Origin: Pseudomonadota bacterium
Lineage (GTDB): Bacteria; Pseudomonadota; Gammaproteobacteria; Eutrophobiales; Eutrophobiaceae
Length of the DNA stretch: 64,000 nucleotides
Assembly (NCBI GenBank): GCA_038142205.1
Contig: JAYQJO010000001.1
Span: forward strand, 973,615-1,037,614
Direction of reading: 5' to 3'
This document shows positions 1-9,562 of this stretch, one piece after another. A program made the position numbers and the translations under genes. The notes beneath the pieces are model-generated. The model saw only the letters and a list, made by a program, of their open reading frames with translations, made no database searches and was not told the DNA's origin. The number at the start of each line of letters is the position of its first letter. Position 1 is the stretch's first letter.

Positions 1-1667
1 ACCAAATTAATCCGTTTCTATTTCATGCTGAGTTCGTCGAATCCTGGAAAAGCCTGCTTAAACAAAATACTTCGTATATTAATAATAATATTGAATTATT
101 TAGTAATTTACTTCAGTTGTGTAATTACGCCGTTACGAAAAGTATAGGCTTGGAAACTGATCCCATTGTCACGCCAGATGGTGGTGACCGTCGATTCAAA
201 GATGAAAACTGGAACGACAATGCTGTTTTTGATTATCTTAAACAACTCTATTTGATTCTTTCTGATGCAATTATGAAATCAGCAGAACCAAATAAAAGTT
301 TGGGCGAGCAAACTAATCGCAAAATCAATTTTTATACAAAGCAATGGTTGGATGCGATGTCACCAACTAATTTTGCAACAACAAACCCAACAGTTATTAA
401 AGAAATATTTGATAGTAAGGGTGAAAACCTTATCCAGGGCACAAAAGCATTAATTGATGATATTGTCCGTGGCGAAGGTAAGTTACTAACGCCGCGCATG
501 ACCGATTACGCTGCTTTTGAAGTTGGTAAAGATGTCGCTTCGACACCTGGTAAGGTCATTTATCAAAATGATCTGATGCAACTTATTCAATATACCCCAA
601 CGACAAAAACAGTCTTTGAAACACCATTACTAATCGTACCGCCCTGGATTAATAAGTATTACATTCTTGATTTAAGAAAGGAAAACAGCTTTATCCATTG
701 GGCCGTTGCTCAGGGTCATACAGTGTTTGTTATTTCATGGAAGAATCCAGATGGATCTTATGCGGACACACGATTCGAGGATTATATGTTCGAAGGTGTT
801 ATCACCGCGTTGGTTAAGATAACGGAAGAAACCGGTGAAGACCAAATAAACACCATTGGTTACTGTATTGGCGGAACTTTGCTTGCAGCAACTAACGGTT
901 ATCTTGCTGCAAAACGTAAAAAACCAATTAAGTCTACGACCTATTTCACAACGATGGTTGATTTTACCGAACCGGGTGACCTTGGTGTTTTTATTGATAA
1001 AGAGCAACTTGATGCATTAGATATTACTATGGAAAAAGACGGTTACCTTGATGGCACATCAATGGCAACGGTTTTTAATATGTTACGCTCGAATGATTTA
1101 ATTTGGCCTTTTTTTATTAACAACTATTTGATGGGTAAAGAACCAACTGCATTTGATTTGCTCTATTGGAATTCTGATTCAACGCGTCTACCAGAAAAAA
1201 CACATAGCTTTTACTTACGCGAATGTTATTTAAATAATAAATTGTGTGAGCCAGGTGGCATTGAACTTGATGGAACGCCTATCGATTTGAGTAAGATTAA
1301 AGTTCCGACCTATTTTATTTCCACCAGAGAAGATCACATCACGCCCTGGATGTCGACTTATGAAGGCGCAAAACTAATGTCTGGTCCCGTTAAATTTGTC
1401 TTGGGTGGCTCTGGCCATATAGCTGGAATCATTAACCCGCCATTGAAAAACAAATACGGTTATTGGTCTAACGATAAAATTGAGGATCAGGCGGAAAAAT
1501 GGCTTGATGATGCAAATTATACGGAAGGTTCATGGTGGCCAAATTGGCAAAGTTGGGTCGAAACCAAAGCGGGCAAGAAAATAACTGCTCGTGAGCCTGG
1601 GCAGAATTTAAAACCTCTTGAAGATGCACCCGGTAGCTACGTAAAACACAGGATTGTACCGGATTAA
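1..1667 (+). CDS. phaC: Class I poly(3-hydroxyalkanoate) synthase (5' end outside window)
   Basis: Lipase box GYCIGG, PPWINKYYILDL, catalytic Asp (EDHI) and His (GHIAG); frame stays open from position 3 to the ORF-track start at 117. Confidence 0.95.
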   Translation, partial: QINPFLFHAEFVESWKSLLKQNTSYINNNIELFSNLLQLCNYAVTKSIGLETDPIVTPDGGDRRFKDENWNDNAVFDYLKQLYLILSDAIMKSAEPNKSLGEQTNRKINFYTKQWLDAMSPTNFATTNPTVIKEIFDSKGENLIQGTKALIDDIVRGEGKLLTPRMTDYAAFEVGKDVASTPGKVIYQNDLMQLIQYTPTTKTVFETPLLIVPPWINKYYILDLRKENSFIHWAVAQGHTVFVISWKNPDGSYADTRFEDYMFEGVITALVKITEETGEDQINTIGYCIGGTLLAATNGYLAAKRKKPIKSTTYFTTMVDFTEPGDLGVFIDKEQLDALDITMEKDGYLDGTSMATVFNMLRSNDLIWPFFINNYLMGKEPTAFDLLYWNSDSTRLPEKTHSFYLRECYLNNKLCEPGGIELDGTPIDLSKIKVPTYFISTREDHITPWMSTYEGAKLMSGPVKFVLGGSGHIAGIINPPLKNKYGYWSNDKIEDQAEKWLDDANYTEGSWWPNWQSWVETKAGKKITAREPGQNLKPLEDAPGSYVKHRIVPD

Positions 1668-1722
1668 ATAACCCCTTTTGTTCAGTAATAGTTCATCAAG
1701 AACTTGAACTGGACTTATTCTT

Positions 1723-1765
1723 AGTTCAGTATCGATAAATATCGGTACTGAACTTCTTTTTCTTT
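1723..1765 (+). terminator. Rho-independent terminator after phaC
   Basis: Stem AGTTCAGTATCGAT/ATCGGTACTGAACT with 4-nt loop, followed by TCTTTTTCTTT. Confidence 0.75.
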
Positions 1766-1844
1766 CCCCAATTTGTTTTCATCGACTTATAATAAATCCC
1801 TAACATTAATTACATTATTATTACAAACTATTAGGAGCACAATA

Positions 1845-2126
1845 ATGAGTACAGCAACTGCACGTCATATTTTAGTTAACACAGAAGAAGAGTGTGAATC
1901 ATTAAAAGAAAAAATTGAAAACGGAACTGACTTTGCTGAAGTAGCAAAAGAGCATTCAAGCTGTCCTTCAGGACGAAATGGCGGTGACCTAGGCGAGTTC
2001 GGTCCTGGGCAAATGGTCAAAGAATTTGATGAGGTTGTATTCAGCGGAGAACTAAACACCGTTCACGGCCCTGTTAAAACACAATTCGGTTATCACTTAC
2101 TGGAAATCACCAGTAGAGAAGATTAA
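1845..2126 (+). CDS. ppiC: Parvulin-type peptidyl-prolyl cis-trans isomerase
   Basis: ATARHILV, HSSCPSG, GGDLG, GPVKTQFGYH motifs; AGGAG RBS upstream of ATG 1845. Confidence 0.93.
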   Translation: MSTATARHILVNTEEECESLKEKIENGTDFAEVAKEHSSCPSGRNGGDLGEFGPGQMVKEFDEVVFSGELNTVHGPVKTQFGYHLLEITSRED

Positions 2127-2146
2127 TCTAAAGAAATGATTAAGCT

Positions 2147-2403
2147 ATGCCATTAAAAGAAACGCTCGTTGTCCTCGATTTTGATGGTTTATTAATTGAT
2201 TCCTACGATTTGTTAAAATAAACGTTTTCTAAATGCGGCCTTGACGTCGGTGACGAAGGCCGCTTTCAACATAGGCGTAAGTTCCTAAGGTACATTGGTG
2301 GTGGCAAAGAACTCCCGACAATTTGGTTAACCTGTCTTTACCGAAAAAGAAAAGAATACGAGAAGAACTAACAGAAACGTACAACAAGCGCCGATATCCT
2401 TGA
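2147..2403 (+). pseudogene. Truncated HAD-family hydrolase remnant
   Basis: MPLKETLVVLDFDGLLIDSY carries HAD motif I (DxDG..DS); in-frame TAA at 2219, frameshift near 2315, ends by about 2403. Confidence 0.65.
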
Positions 2404-2488
2404 AGGGATTATTTTTAGTACCCCAAAGAAACTGGATTAGGGACTAGAAAAATTTTTATTGAAATCGAGCGGACTACGTTAAGAAAAA

Positions 2489-2917
2489 TCAAAATAGCTT
2501 CACCATTTTTTTATGAGGAATACCTGCATCATCAAAGATGTCACCCTCTTCTTCAAAACCAAATTGCCTATAAAATCCTATCGCATCAATTTGTGAGTAG
2601 AGAAATACATAATTCATGTTTTTAGATTCCGCTATAGAAAGTAGCTGTTCAAGCACTTTGCTTCCGACACCTTGTTTTCTATAAGGCTTCAGCACCGCCA
2701 TACGACCTATCCGACCTGTTTCTAATAGACGCCCTGTTGCTAACGCTACATTATTATGCATTGCTAATACATGGATGCACTTATCATCATATTCATCCCA
2801 TTCCAATTCTATAGGGACGTGTTGTTCTTCGACAAACACCAGCGTTCGAATATGACGCAAATGACTTTCTTTATCTCGCCACCTAACCTGTTCTATTTTA
2901 AGTGCTTCGTTATTCAT
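2489..2917 (-). CDS. GNAT family N-acetyltransferase (YjcF/ElaA-like)
   Basis: IRTLVFVEEQ, IGRMAV, RKQGVG acetyl-CoA motif, DAGIPH; ATG 2917 overlaps the upstream stop. Confidence 0.85.
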   Translation of the reverse strand: MNNEALKIEQVRWRDKESHLRHIRTLVFVEEQHVPIELEWDEYDDKCIHVLAMHNNVALATGRLLETGRIGRMAVLKPYRKQGVGSKVLEQLLSIAESKNMNYVFLYSQIDAIGFYRQFGFEEEGDIFDDAGIPHKKMVKLF

Positions 2918-4055
2918 CAAAGTATAAGTAATTGCTGTCATATAACTTATATAACAATTCCACTGCCGCTGTTTCATCGCAACATTGAATGGCTTTATCA
3001 AAATCAACAATATGATTTGTTGTGATATATTGTAATAAATTCAAATAACTAGTAGACAAAACAAATTCTTCGCCCGCAATATATAAACTGAGTGACTCAT
3101 TATTCCTTATATAGGACAAACGAATATTGCCATTGCGTGTTAGTCTTTCAGTTTCTTTAAATCGAACTTGAAATTCCGACTCATCCAGCACTTCATTATC
3201 ATATTCCAGCTCATTCTTTTTTTCAGTTATAAAACAGCCGAACCAACTGTTGAACTCATCTTCCTTAACATTAGATAAGCGCATTAAATTTTGAATAGCA
3301 TTAATATGTTCTTTCTTAATTTCACCAGGAAATTCCTGTAAAGCCAAACTAGGATCAGTATAAAAAGCATCTGTAACGCCTTCATTATCATCATCCGTAT
3401 AGGCAGCCAATAACTCTATGCGCGTTGGCGCACGAAAACCAATCGAAAACGTTAAACAATCATCCAGTGCAATGCCATGATGAGCAACAGCCGGTGGCAA
3501 ATAAAGCATGTCGCCCGGCTCTAATATCCAGTCCTGTGTTGATTCAAAATTATTGAGTATCTTTAAATCAGTATTTGGCATTAAGTCATTATCAGAATAA
3601 TCGCTCTCACTAATATGCCAATGGCGTTTACCCTGAACTTGCAACAAAAATACATCGTAATTATCCAGATGCGGCCCAACACTGCCATAAGCTTGCGCAA
3701 AACTGACCATCAAGTCATCAACTCTCCAGGTGGGAATAAAATCAAATTTATCAAGCAAGACGGCTAATTTCGGAATATGGTGATCAACTGACTGAACTAG
3801 TAATGTCCAGTGTGAGTCTGGCAATGAAGTAAAATCACTTTCAACAAAAGGACCATGTCGAACTTGCCATGGTTTTTCACCGCCCTGCTCCTGAATTAAG
3901 CGTGATTCAATATCATCTTCACAAGCCAAACCGCCAAATTCTTCAACGGAGATTGGACTTTTATAATCAGGCATAGCTTGACGTATCAATAAAGGTTTTT
4001 TTTGCCAGTACTGTTTTAAAAAAACTTTGCGACTTATACCACCGAGCAGTTGCAT
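2910..4055 (-). CDS. roxA: JmjC/cupin ribosomal protein uL16 arginine 3-hydroxylase (YcfD/RoxA family)
   Basis: YWQKKPLLIR, WTLLVQ, WRVDDLMVS, GSVGPHLDNYDVFLLQ (HxD), LEPGDMLYLPP..AHHG. Confidence 0.88.
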   Translation of the reverse strand: MQLLGGISRKVFLKQYWQKKPLLIRQAMPDYKSPISVEEFGGLACEDDIESRLIQEQGGEKPWQVRHGPFVESDFTSLPDSHWTLLVQSVDHHIPKLAVLLDKFDFIPTWRVDDLMVSFAQAYGSVGPHLDNYDVFLLQVQGKRHWHISESDYSDNDLMPNTDLKILNNFESTQDWILEPGDMLYLPPAVAHHGIALDDCLTFSIGFRAPTRIELLAAYTDDDNEGVTDAFYTDPSLALQEFPGEIKKEHINAIQNLMRLSNVKEDEFNSWFGCFITEKKNELEYDNEVLDESEFQVRFKETERLTRNGNIRLSYIRNNESLSLYIAGEEFVLSTSYLNLLQYITTNHIVDFDKAIQCCDETAAVELLYKLYDSNYLYFDE

Positions 4056-4074
4056 AAAACCCTAAACCTTATTC

Positions 4075-4536
4075 TTAATTTTTATTCATTCTATCGTACA
4101 TGACAATACTGCCACTTACTGCCACATTCAAAGAATGTTCGCCGGGAAGTTTAATGACGGACTGACACTCTTTAATAGTTTGTTGTGGCAAACCACTAAT
4201 TTCATTACCTAATAAATAAACTGCTCTATCAGGGTGTTCAAACTCGTTTATCGATTTCGCTTCTTCACCCATCTCAACTGCAATAAGTTGCGTTGAAAAA
4301 GGCAGGTTTTCTTTTAGTTCTTCAAAGGTTTGATAATGATATAATGGGATTTTTGTCCATGCTTTAGTGACATCGCTGCCTTCTAACTGATATTTCTTGC
4401 CGACAGTAAAGATAAAGCTCGCACCTAATATATAAGCAGATCGCCAAAGCGTGCCAATGTTAATTTCATCTGTAGTATTTAAAATACCAATACCAAAGAA
4501 GCCATAATCATCTTTAATATTTTTTACCCGTGACAT
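4075..4536 (-). CDS. SpoU/TrmH-family RNA methyltransferase
   Basis: NIGTLWRSA, LLGNEISGL, SLNVAVSGSIVMYDR SPOUT motifs. Confidence 0.88.
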   Translation of the reverse strand: MSRVKNIKDDYGFFGIGILNTTDEINIGTLWRSAYILGASFIFTVGKKYQLEGSDVTKAWTKIPLYHYQTFEELKENLPFSTQLIAVEMGEEAKSINEFEHPDRAVYLLGNEISGLPQQTIKECQSVIKLPGEHSLNVAVSGSIVMYDRMNKN

Positions 4537-4543
4537 TTATTTC

Positions 4544-5089
4544 TTACTTTCTTTCTTCAGGCTTGAATTCAAGGGCATTACTTAAAAAAGCAACCTTATC
4601 ATTAAGGCGAACCAGGCCTGCTTCGCATACCCTTGCAGTAATACCGCCATGGCCACGCATCGCATTATAGCCTCCTGCGCCTAATTGGCGTTCCATTTTG
4701 CTACAAGGGTGACATAGCCCCGTAAACTCAAGTATTGCATCACCAATACGAAACACTTTATTTTTCAGCGCTAACAAGTTGACACCTGAAACAACGATGT
4801 TTCGCCGCAATAATTCAGGTGAGATTGATTCCATATTTAAACAGGAAGCAATAACTTTTAAATGCTCTTGTTGAATAAGCGTCACTTGTCTTCGACTTCC
4901 TGGCCTGCCTTTAAAACGATCGCCTTCAAGCCCTTTGTTCATGACGACTTGAACCTGATCAACAGCAAGCATTGACTCATCTTTCGAGGGTCTTAATCCA
5001 ATCCACTCTACACGTCCGACCTGTGGCAGTGTGTCTAATAAAACTTGAAGCGGTTTAGATTCGCTCAAAGACTCTTTATTATGCTTCAT
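4544..5089 (-). CDS. MOSC domain protein
   Basis: GLEGDRF, RQVTLI, LRRNIVVSG, CHPCSKM, RGHGGITA. Confidence 0.88.
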   Translation of the reverse strand: MKHNKESLSESKPLQVLLDTLPQVGRVEWIGLRPSKDESMLAVDQVQVVMNKGLEGDRFKGRPGSRRQVTLIQQEHLKVIASCLNMESISPELLRRNIVVSGVNLLALKNKVFRIGDAILEFTGLCHPCSKMERQLGAGGYNAMRGHGGITARVCEAGLVRLNDKVAFLSNALEFKPEERK

Positions 5090-5112
5090 GACTTTGCTCT
5101 TTATTAAAGCGT

Positions 5113-6225
5113 TTACTCTAGAGGCTTCAGTCGCAACAGCTTTCCATTCGTTTCGTCTGTGATGATATAAAGATAGCCATCCAAGCCTTGTTGCACATCT
5201 CTTATACGGCCTACTTTGCCGTTAATCAGTCGTTCTTCTTTAATGACTTTATTGTCTTTCATTCTCAGACGCGCTAATTGACCAAACCTAAGCGAGCTAA
5301 CAAAAGCATTACCTTTCCAGTTTGGAAATTTATCGCCCGTATAAAACAATAAACTTGAGGTTGCGATTGAAGGACTCCAATAATGAACAGGTTGTTCCAT
5401 TCCTTCTTTTTCAGTGCCTTCGCCTATTTTAAAGCCAAGACCATAACTCACACCATAGGTAATCACAGGCCAGCCATAATTCACGCCGGGTTTCATTAAG
5501 TTCAGTTCATCGCCACCTTGTGGCCCATGTTCAACAGTCCAGATTTCATCTGTATCCGGGTGCATCGCAATACCTTGCATGCTACGACTACCGTAAGTAT
5601 AAATTTCCGGTTTAGCACTTGGATTATTAACAAACGGATTATCTTCAGGCACAGATCCATCTTTATTAATTCTGACTAGTGTTCCCATGTGATCTCTTAA
5701 ATCCTGAGCGCGATCATCATCACCACGATCACCCAAAGTGATAAACAAGGTTCCATCTTTCGCAAACAACATTCGCGCGCCAAGGTGATAAGCGGGTTTA
5801 GTTTTAGGGTGTAGTTTAAAAATAACTTTCGATTCTTTTAATTCATTTCCTACAAGCTTTGCTTTAATAACTTCTGTGCCTATACCCCCTTTGCCTTTTG
5901 CCGAATAGGATAAGTAAATAATATTGTTTTTTACATAATCAGGGTCAAGTGCAATATCGAGTAAACCACTTTGATCTCTATGTTTTACTTCAGGAACACC
6001 TTTAATCGGCTCTGATAACTTTCCATTTTCAACAATACGTAAGCGCCCAGGCTTTTCTGTTACTAATATTCTTCCATCTGGTAAAAACTCAATAGACCAA
6101 GGATAGACCAAATCTTCAGCAACAGTTTCTATTTTGAAGTTATGCTTTTCTGATTGAAAAGTTTCCGCAAAGCTGGAAATACTGATGGATAATAAAGAAA
6201 TTAGAATGAGAGCTTTGTATTTCAT
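5113..6225 (-). CDS. Periplasmic PQQ-dependent sugar dehydrogenase (YliI/glucose-sorbosone dehydrogenase family)
   Basis: Signal peptide; PWSIEFLPDG, GLLDIALDP, EHGPQGGDELN, NYGWP, GRIRDV. Confidence 0.9.
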   Translation of the reverse strand: MKYKALILISLLSISISSFAETFQSEKHNFKIETVAEDLVYPWSIEFLPDGRILVTEKPGRLRIVENGKLSEPIKGVPEVKHRDQSGLLDIALDPDYVKNNIIYLSYSAKGKGGIGTEVIKAKLVGNELKESKVIFKLHPKTKPAYHLGARMLFAKDGTLFITLGDRGDDDRAQDLRDHMGTLVRINKDGSVPEDNPFVNNPSAKPEIYTYGSRSMQGIAMHPDTDEIWTVEHGPQGGDELNLMKPGVNYGWPVITYGVSYGLGFKIGEGTEKEGMEQPVHYWSPSIATSSLLFYTGDKFPNWKGNAFVSSLRFGQLARLRMKDNKVIKEERLINGKVGRIRDVQQGLDGYLYIITDETNGKLLRLKPLE

Positions 6226-6248
6226 AAAAAAATCCTGATGATTTACTG

Positions 6249-7220
6249 TTAGGGTTTATCTGCCAAAAGAATAGCACGTATTGGTGCCGGGTAACCTTCT
6301 GTTGTTCTGCTACTGTCTTCTTTATCCAGGAAGTCACTTAAGGATTCAAAGCGCATCCAATCTGTTTTTCTTTGTTCTTCCGTTGTCGTCGTTGTCACAT
6401 CAATGATTCGCGCATTAACAAAACCTGCCTGTTCCGCCCATTCAACAAGTAACTTTTGGCTTGGTATCGCCCAGACATTCTTCATCTTTGCATAACGATC
6501 TTCAGGCTTGAGTGCTATTGCCTTATCTGCTTCTACAATTAATGTCTCCAATACAAACTCACCACCTGGTTTTAAACAAGCCATTAATTGATGCATATGC
6601 TCAACAGGATCACGACGGTGATAAATAACACCCATGGAAAATACAGTATCGAAATTTAAAGGTGTATTTTGCAAAGACTGAATACCTAAAGGCACGATAT
6701 TAATATTGGCATCCGGCATGTATTTTTTAACCGCCAGAAATTGCATCAAAAATAATAAAGTGGGATCCATGCCGACAACATGCTTTGCTTTCTCCCCTAA
6801 CATGCGCCAACCGTAATAACCATTGCCGCAGCCTATATCCAGTACCATTTTGCCTTCTAATGGTTTGATTTTGTCTTTTAAACGATCCCATTTCCAATTG
6901 GAACGCCATTCTGTATCAATATCGATATCAAACAACTTAAACGGCCCTTTCCGCCAGGGGATGAATTGTTCCAGTTGTTTTCGTATAAAGGTTTGCTGCT
7001 CAGTAGAACATTCTGAAGCACTCCCAATAGTGACACTATCTGCATCTAGATCAAAAGAAACGTCATCAATATCAGGCAAAACATCAAGCGCGAACTTCCA
7101 TCTCGGATAATCGCCATGATTTAAGTTAGAAAAGTATTCAAACAATTGTGCGCCAAGCAAGCTCGACCACTCTTCCATACCATTTTCTTTAAGCGTATTA
7201 AGTAACTTTTTGTAATCCAT
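6249..7220 (-). CDS. cmoB: tRNA U34 carboxymethyltransferase
   Basis: PWRKGPF, IDTEWRSNWKW, VLDIGCGNGY, FDTVFSMGVIYH, DRYAKMKNVW. Confidence 0.95.
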   Translation of the reverse strand: MDYKKLLNTLKENGMEEWSSLLGAQLFEYFSNLNHGDYPRWKFALDVLPDIDDVSFDLDADSVTIGSASECSTEQQTFIRKQLEQFIPWRKGPFKLFDIDIDTEWRSNWKWDRLKDKIKPLEGKMVLDIGCGNGYYGWRMLGEKAKHVVGMDPTLLFLMQFLAVKKYMPDANINIVPLGIQSLQNTPLNFDTVFSMGVIYHRRDPVEHMHQLMACLKPGGEFVLETLIVEADKAIALKPEDRYAKMKNVWAIPSQKLLVEWAEQAGFVNARIIDVTTTTTEEQRKTDWMRFESLSDFLDKEDSSRTTEGYPAPIRAILLADKP

Positions 7221-7231
7221 CAAAAATACAA

Positions 7232-7942
7232 TTATTTAATCGCGACAAAAGAAACAAAGTTAAAACACTTCAGCCACATAAATACATTTTTAAAGCCGCT
7301 GTTATTTAAACGATTTTTATGCGCTTCAATAGATTCAGGAATTAACACATTTTCCAATGCATTACGCTTGCTGGCAATTTCCATTTGATCATAGCCATTT
7401 AATTCCTTCATATGATGATGCAACTGATTCATTGCTTCGTTTTCTTTTTCATCATCAAATATGATTTTTTCAGAAAGAATTAACACGCCACCCGGCAACA
7501 AACCCTGATATATTTTTTTGATTAATGCACTGCGTTGTTCTAAAGGGATAAACTGCAAGGTAAAATTCATAACAGTCAGAGACGCATTATTAATCTCTGT
7601 ATTTAAAACATCATCTAATACAAATTCAATATTTTCATCAGGGATTTTCTCAAGACATGCATCGATCATCGCCTGAGAATTGTCGACAGCAATAATGCTA
7701 CAGGACTTATTCTTTACCCCTTGCTGTATGGCAAGGCTTACTGCACCTAAGGAACACCCTAAATCATAAACATTTGTTCCTTCTTGCACATAATCGTCCG
7801 CCATGACGCTAATCATGGAAACGGTTAAGGGATAACCTGGCACAGATCGTTCTATCATATCAGGGAAGACTTCAACAACACGTTTGTTAAACTCAAAAGG
7901 TTTAACTCGCTCTGTTGTTGATTTATATAAAGTATCTTTCAT
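7232..7942 (-). CDS. cmoA: Carboxy-S-adenosyl-L-methionine synthase
   Basis: VFPDMIERSVPGY, YDLGCSLGA, NFTLQF, KRNALENV; adjacent to cmoB. Confidence 0.95.
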   Translation of the reverse strand: MKDTLYKSTTERVKPFEFNKRVVEVFPDMIERSVPGYPLTVSMISVMADDYVQEGTNVYDLGCSLGAVSLAIQQGVKNKSCSIIAVDNSQAMIDACLEKIPDENIEFVLDDVLNTEINNASLTVMNFTLQFIPLEQRSALIKKIYQGLLPGGVLILSEKIIFDDEKENEAMNQLHHHMKELNGYDQMEIASKRNALENVLIPESIEAHKNRLNNSGFKNVFMWLKCFNFVSFVAIK

Positions 7943-8590
7943 TCAAACAGGGAAATAAACAGGTTCGTGTCCAGGTAACCATTGCGCATACTTCTTCATG
8001 CAGTCTTTAAATAAATCAGACTCTTCAAATTTGTTTAACCATTGAATAATAGATTTATAAGGACTGGCCTGAAACCAGTCGAGGTCAACTCTGGCAAACT
8101 GACGAACAAAGGGGAATATAGCAATATCAACGAGACTTATTCGATCACTGAGTAATGCGACGCTGTTATTCTTAAACAGATTATTTTCAAGCACTTTAAT
8201 AAAGCTTTCTGCATTTTTTCGGTAGTACTCCTGCGAGTATTCGGGATAGCCAACATAGTATTTATAACGGTCAAGAAAGTGTTTAAATTCATTATCGTTA
8301 TAATCGATTAGATACTGGCTTTTTGATGCATCTTCATGCAACCAATTATCAGGATCATGCTGATTCAATGCCCAATGCATAACGTCGTTACTTTGTTCAA
8401 TCACCTTTTTATCCGGTGTTAATAAAACTGGCACCGTTCCTTTTTCCGATAACTGTAACATGGACTCAGGTTTGTCTTTTAAAACAACTTCACGAAGTTC
8501 ACATTTAATATTCGCTTTATAAAGCGCCATACGCGCACGCATGGCATATGGACAACGACGAAAAGAGTATAAGACGGGATAGCCTTCCAT
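7943..8590 (-). CDS. Glutathione S-transferase family protein
   Basis: LYSFRRCPYAMRAR, KGTVPVL, DIAIFPFVRQF. Confidence 0.9.
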   Translation of the reverse strand: MEGYPVLYSFRRCPYAMRARMALYKANIKCELREVVLKDKPESMLQLSEKGTVPVLLTPDKKVIEQSNDVMHWALNQHDPDNWLHEDASKSQYLIDYNDNEFKHFLDRYKYYVGYPEYSQEYYRKNAESFIKVLENNLFKNNSVALLSDRISLVDIAIFPFVRQFARVDLDWFQASPYKSIIQWLNKFEESDLFKDCMKKYAQWLPGHEPVYFPV

Positions 8591-8595
8591 TTTAA

Positions 8596-9519
8596 TTAAT
8601 TGTTTGCCTGAACTTTTTCACCAATATGTTTTTCGTTGCGTAATTCTGCTAACTCAACCTGTTTTTGGCGCTCCTGAAAATTAGATCGTTGTTGTTCTGT
8701 TGTGTCATCAATACAGCGCAAACAGGAAACACCTTTCACATAACTTTCTAATGCTTTTTCCTCTTTTGAAATAGGCCGCCTACAGGCAAAGCATTGATCG
8801 TAGCTGCCTTCGGCTAATTGATGATCGACTGACACGCGTGAATCAAAAACAAAACACTCGCCTTCCCAGAGGCTTTCATCCTCGTCGACTTCTTCTAGAT
8901 ACTTAAGAATACCGCCATTAAGTTGATACACTTCATCAAAGCCCTGTTCAATCATATACGCGCAAGCTTTTTCACAACGGATACCACCGGTGCAAAACAT
9001 CGCGACTTTTTTATTCTTGTCAGGATCTAATTCTTGTTTAACGTAATCCGGAAATTCACGAAAGTTAGTTGTCTCTGGAGACACAGCATTTTTGAATGAA
9101 CCGATTTGATATTCGTATTCGTTACGAGTATCGATGACCAATACATCAGGATCACCAATAAGCGCATTCCAGTCTTTCGGCTCAACTCGGACTTCCTGTG
9201 ACTCAATCGGTTTAATGTTCGGTTGCCCCATCGTCACTATTTCTTTTTTCAATTTCACTTTCATACGATGAAACGGTAGCTCATCGGAAATAGATTCCTT
9301 GTATTCAAAATCGCTGAGTCGTTCATCATTTTTCAAATAGCGAATAACCGCATCAATACCTTCTCGCGAACCGGCAATCGTGCCGTTAATACCTTCTTCT
9401 GCCAGTAATAATGTACCTTTGATATTCTGCTCGCGACAGTAAGCCAGCTAATCTGGTTGGATTGATTCAAAGTCAGGGAGGCGAACAAATTTATACATTG
9501 CCGCGATAACATAATTCAT
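8596..9519 (-). CDS. trhO: Rhodanese-family O2-dependent tRNA U34 hydroxylase (one in-frame TAG at 9448-9450)
   Basis: Manual translation from ATG 9519: [46 protein letters not shown], in frame with [25 protein letters not shown]. Confidence 0.88.
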
Positions 9520-9562
9520 ATTTATTACTCTATATATTCTTAACTATTAAAAAGATAATTAT

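Noticed and set aside
1773-1844. N-terminal extension of PpiC
   Set aside because: TTG start without RBS just after the terminator; ATG 1845 has AGGAG and matches family length
9448-9450. Pyrrolysine or amber recoding in trhO
   Set aside because: Non-catalytic position, no pyl genes in the window, and TAG serves as a normal stop elsewhere (e.g. 57531)
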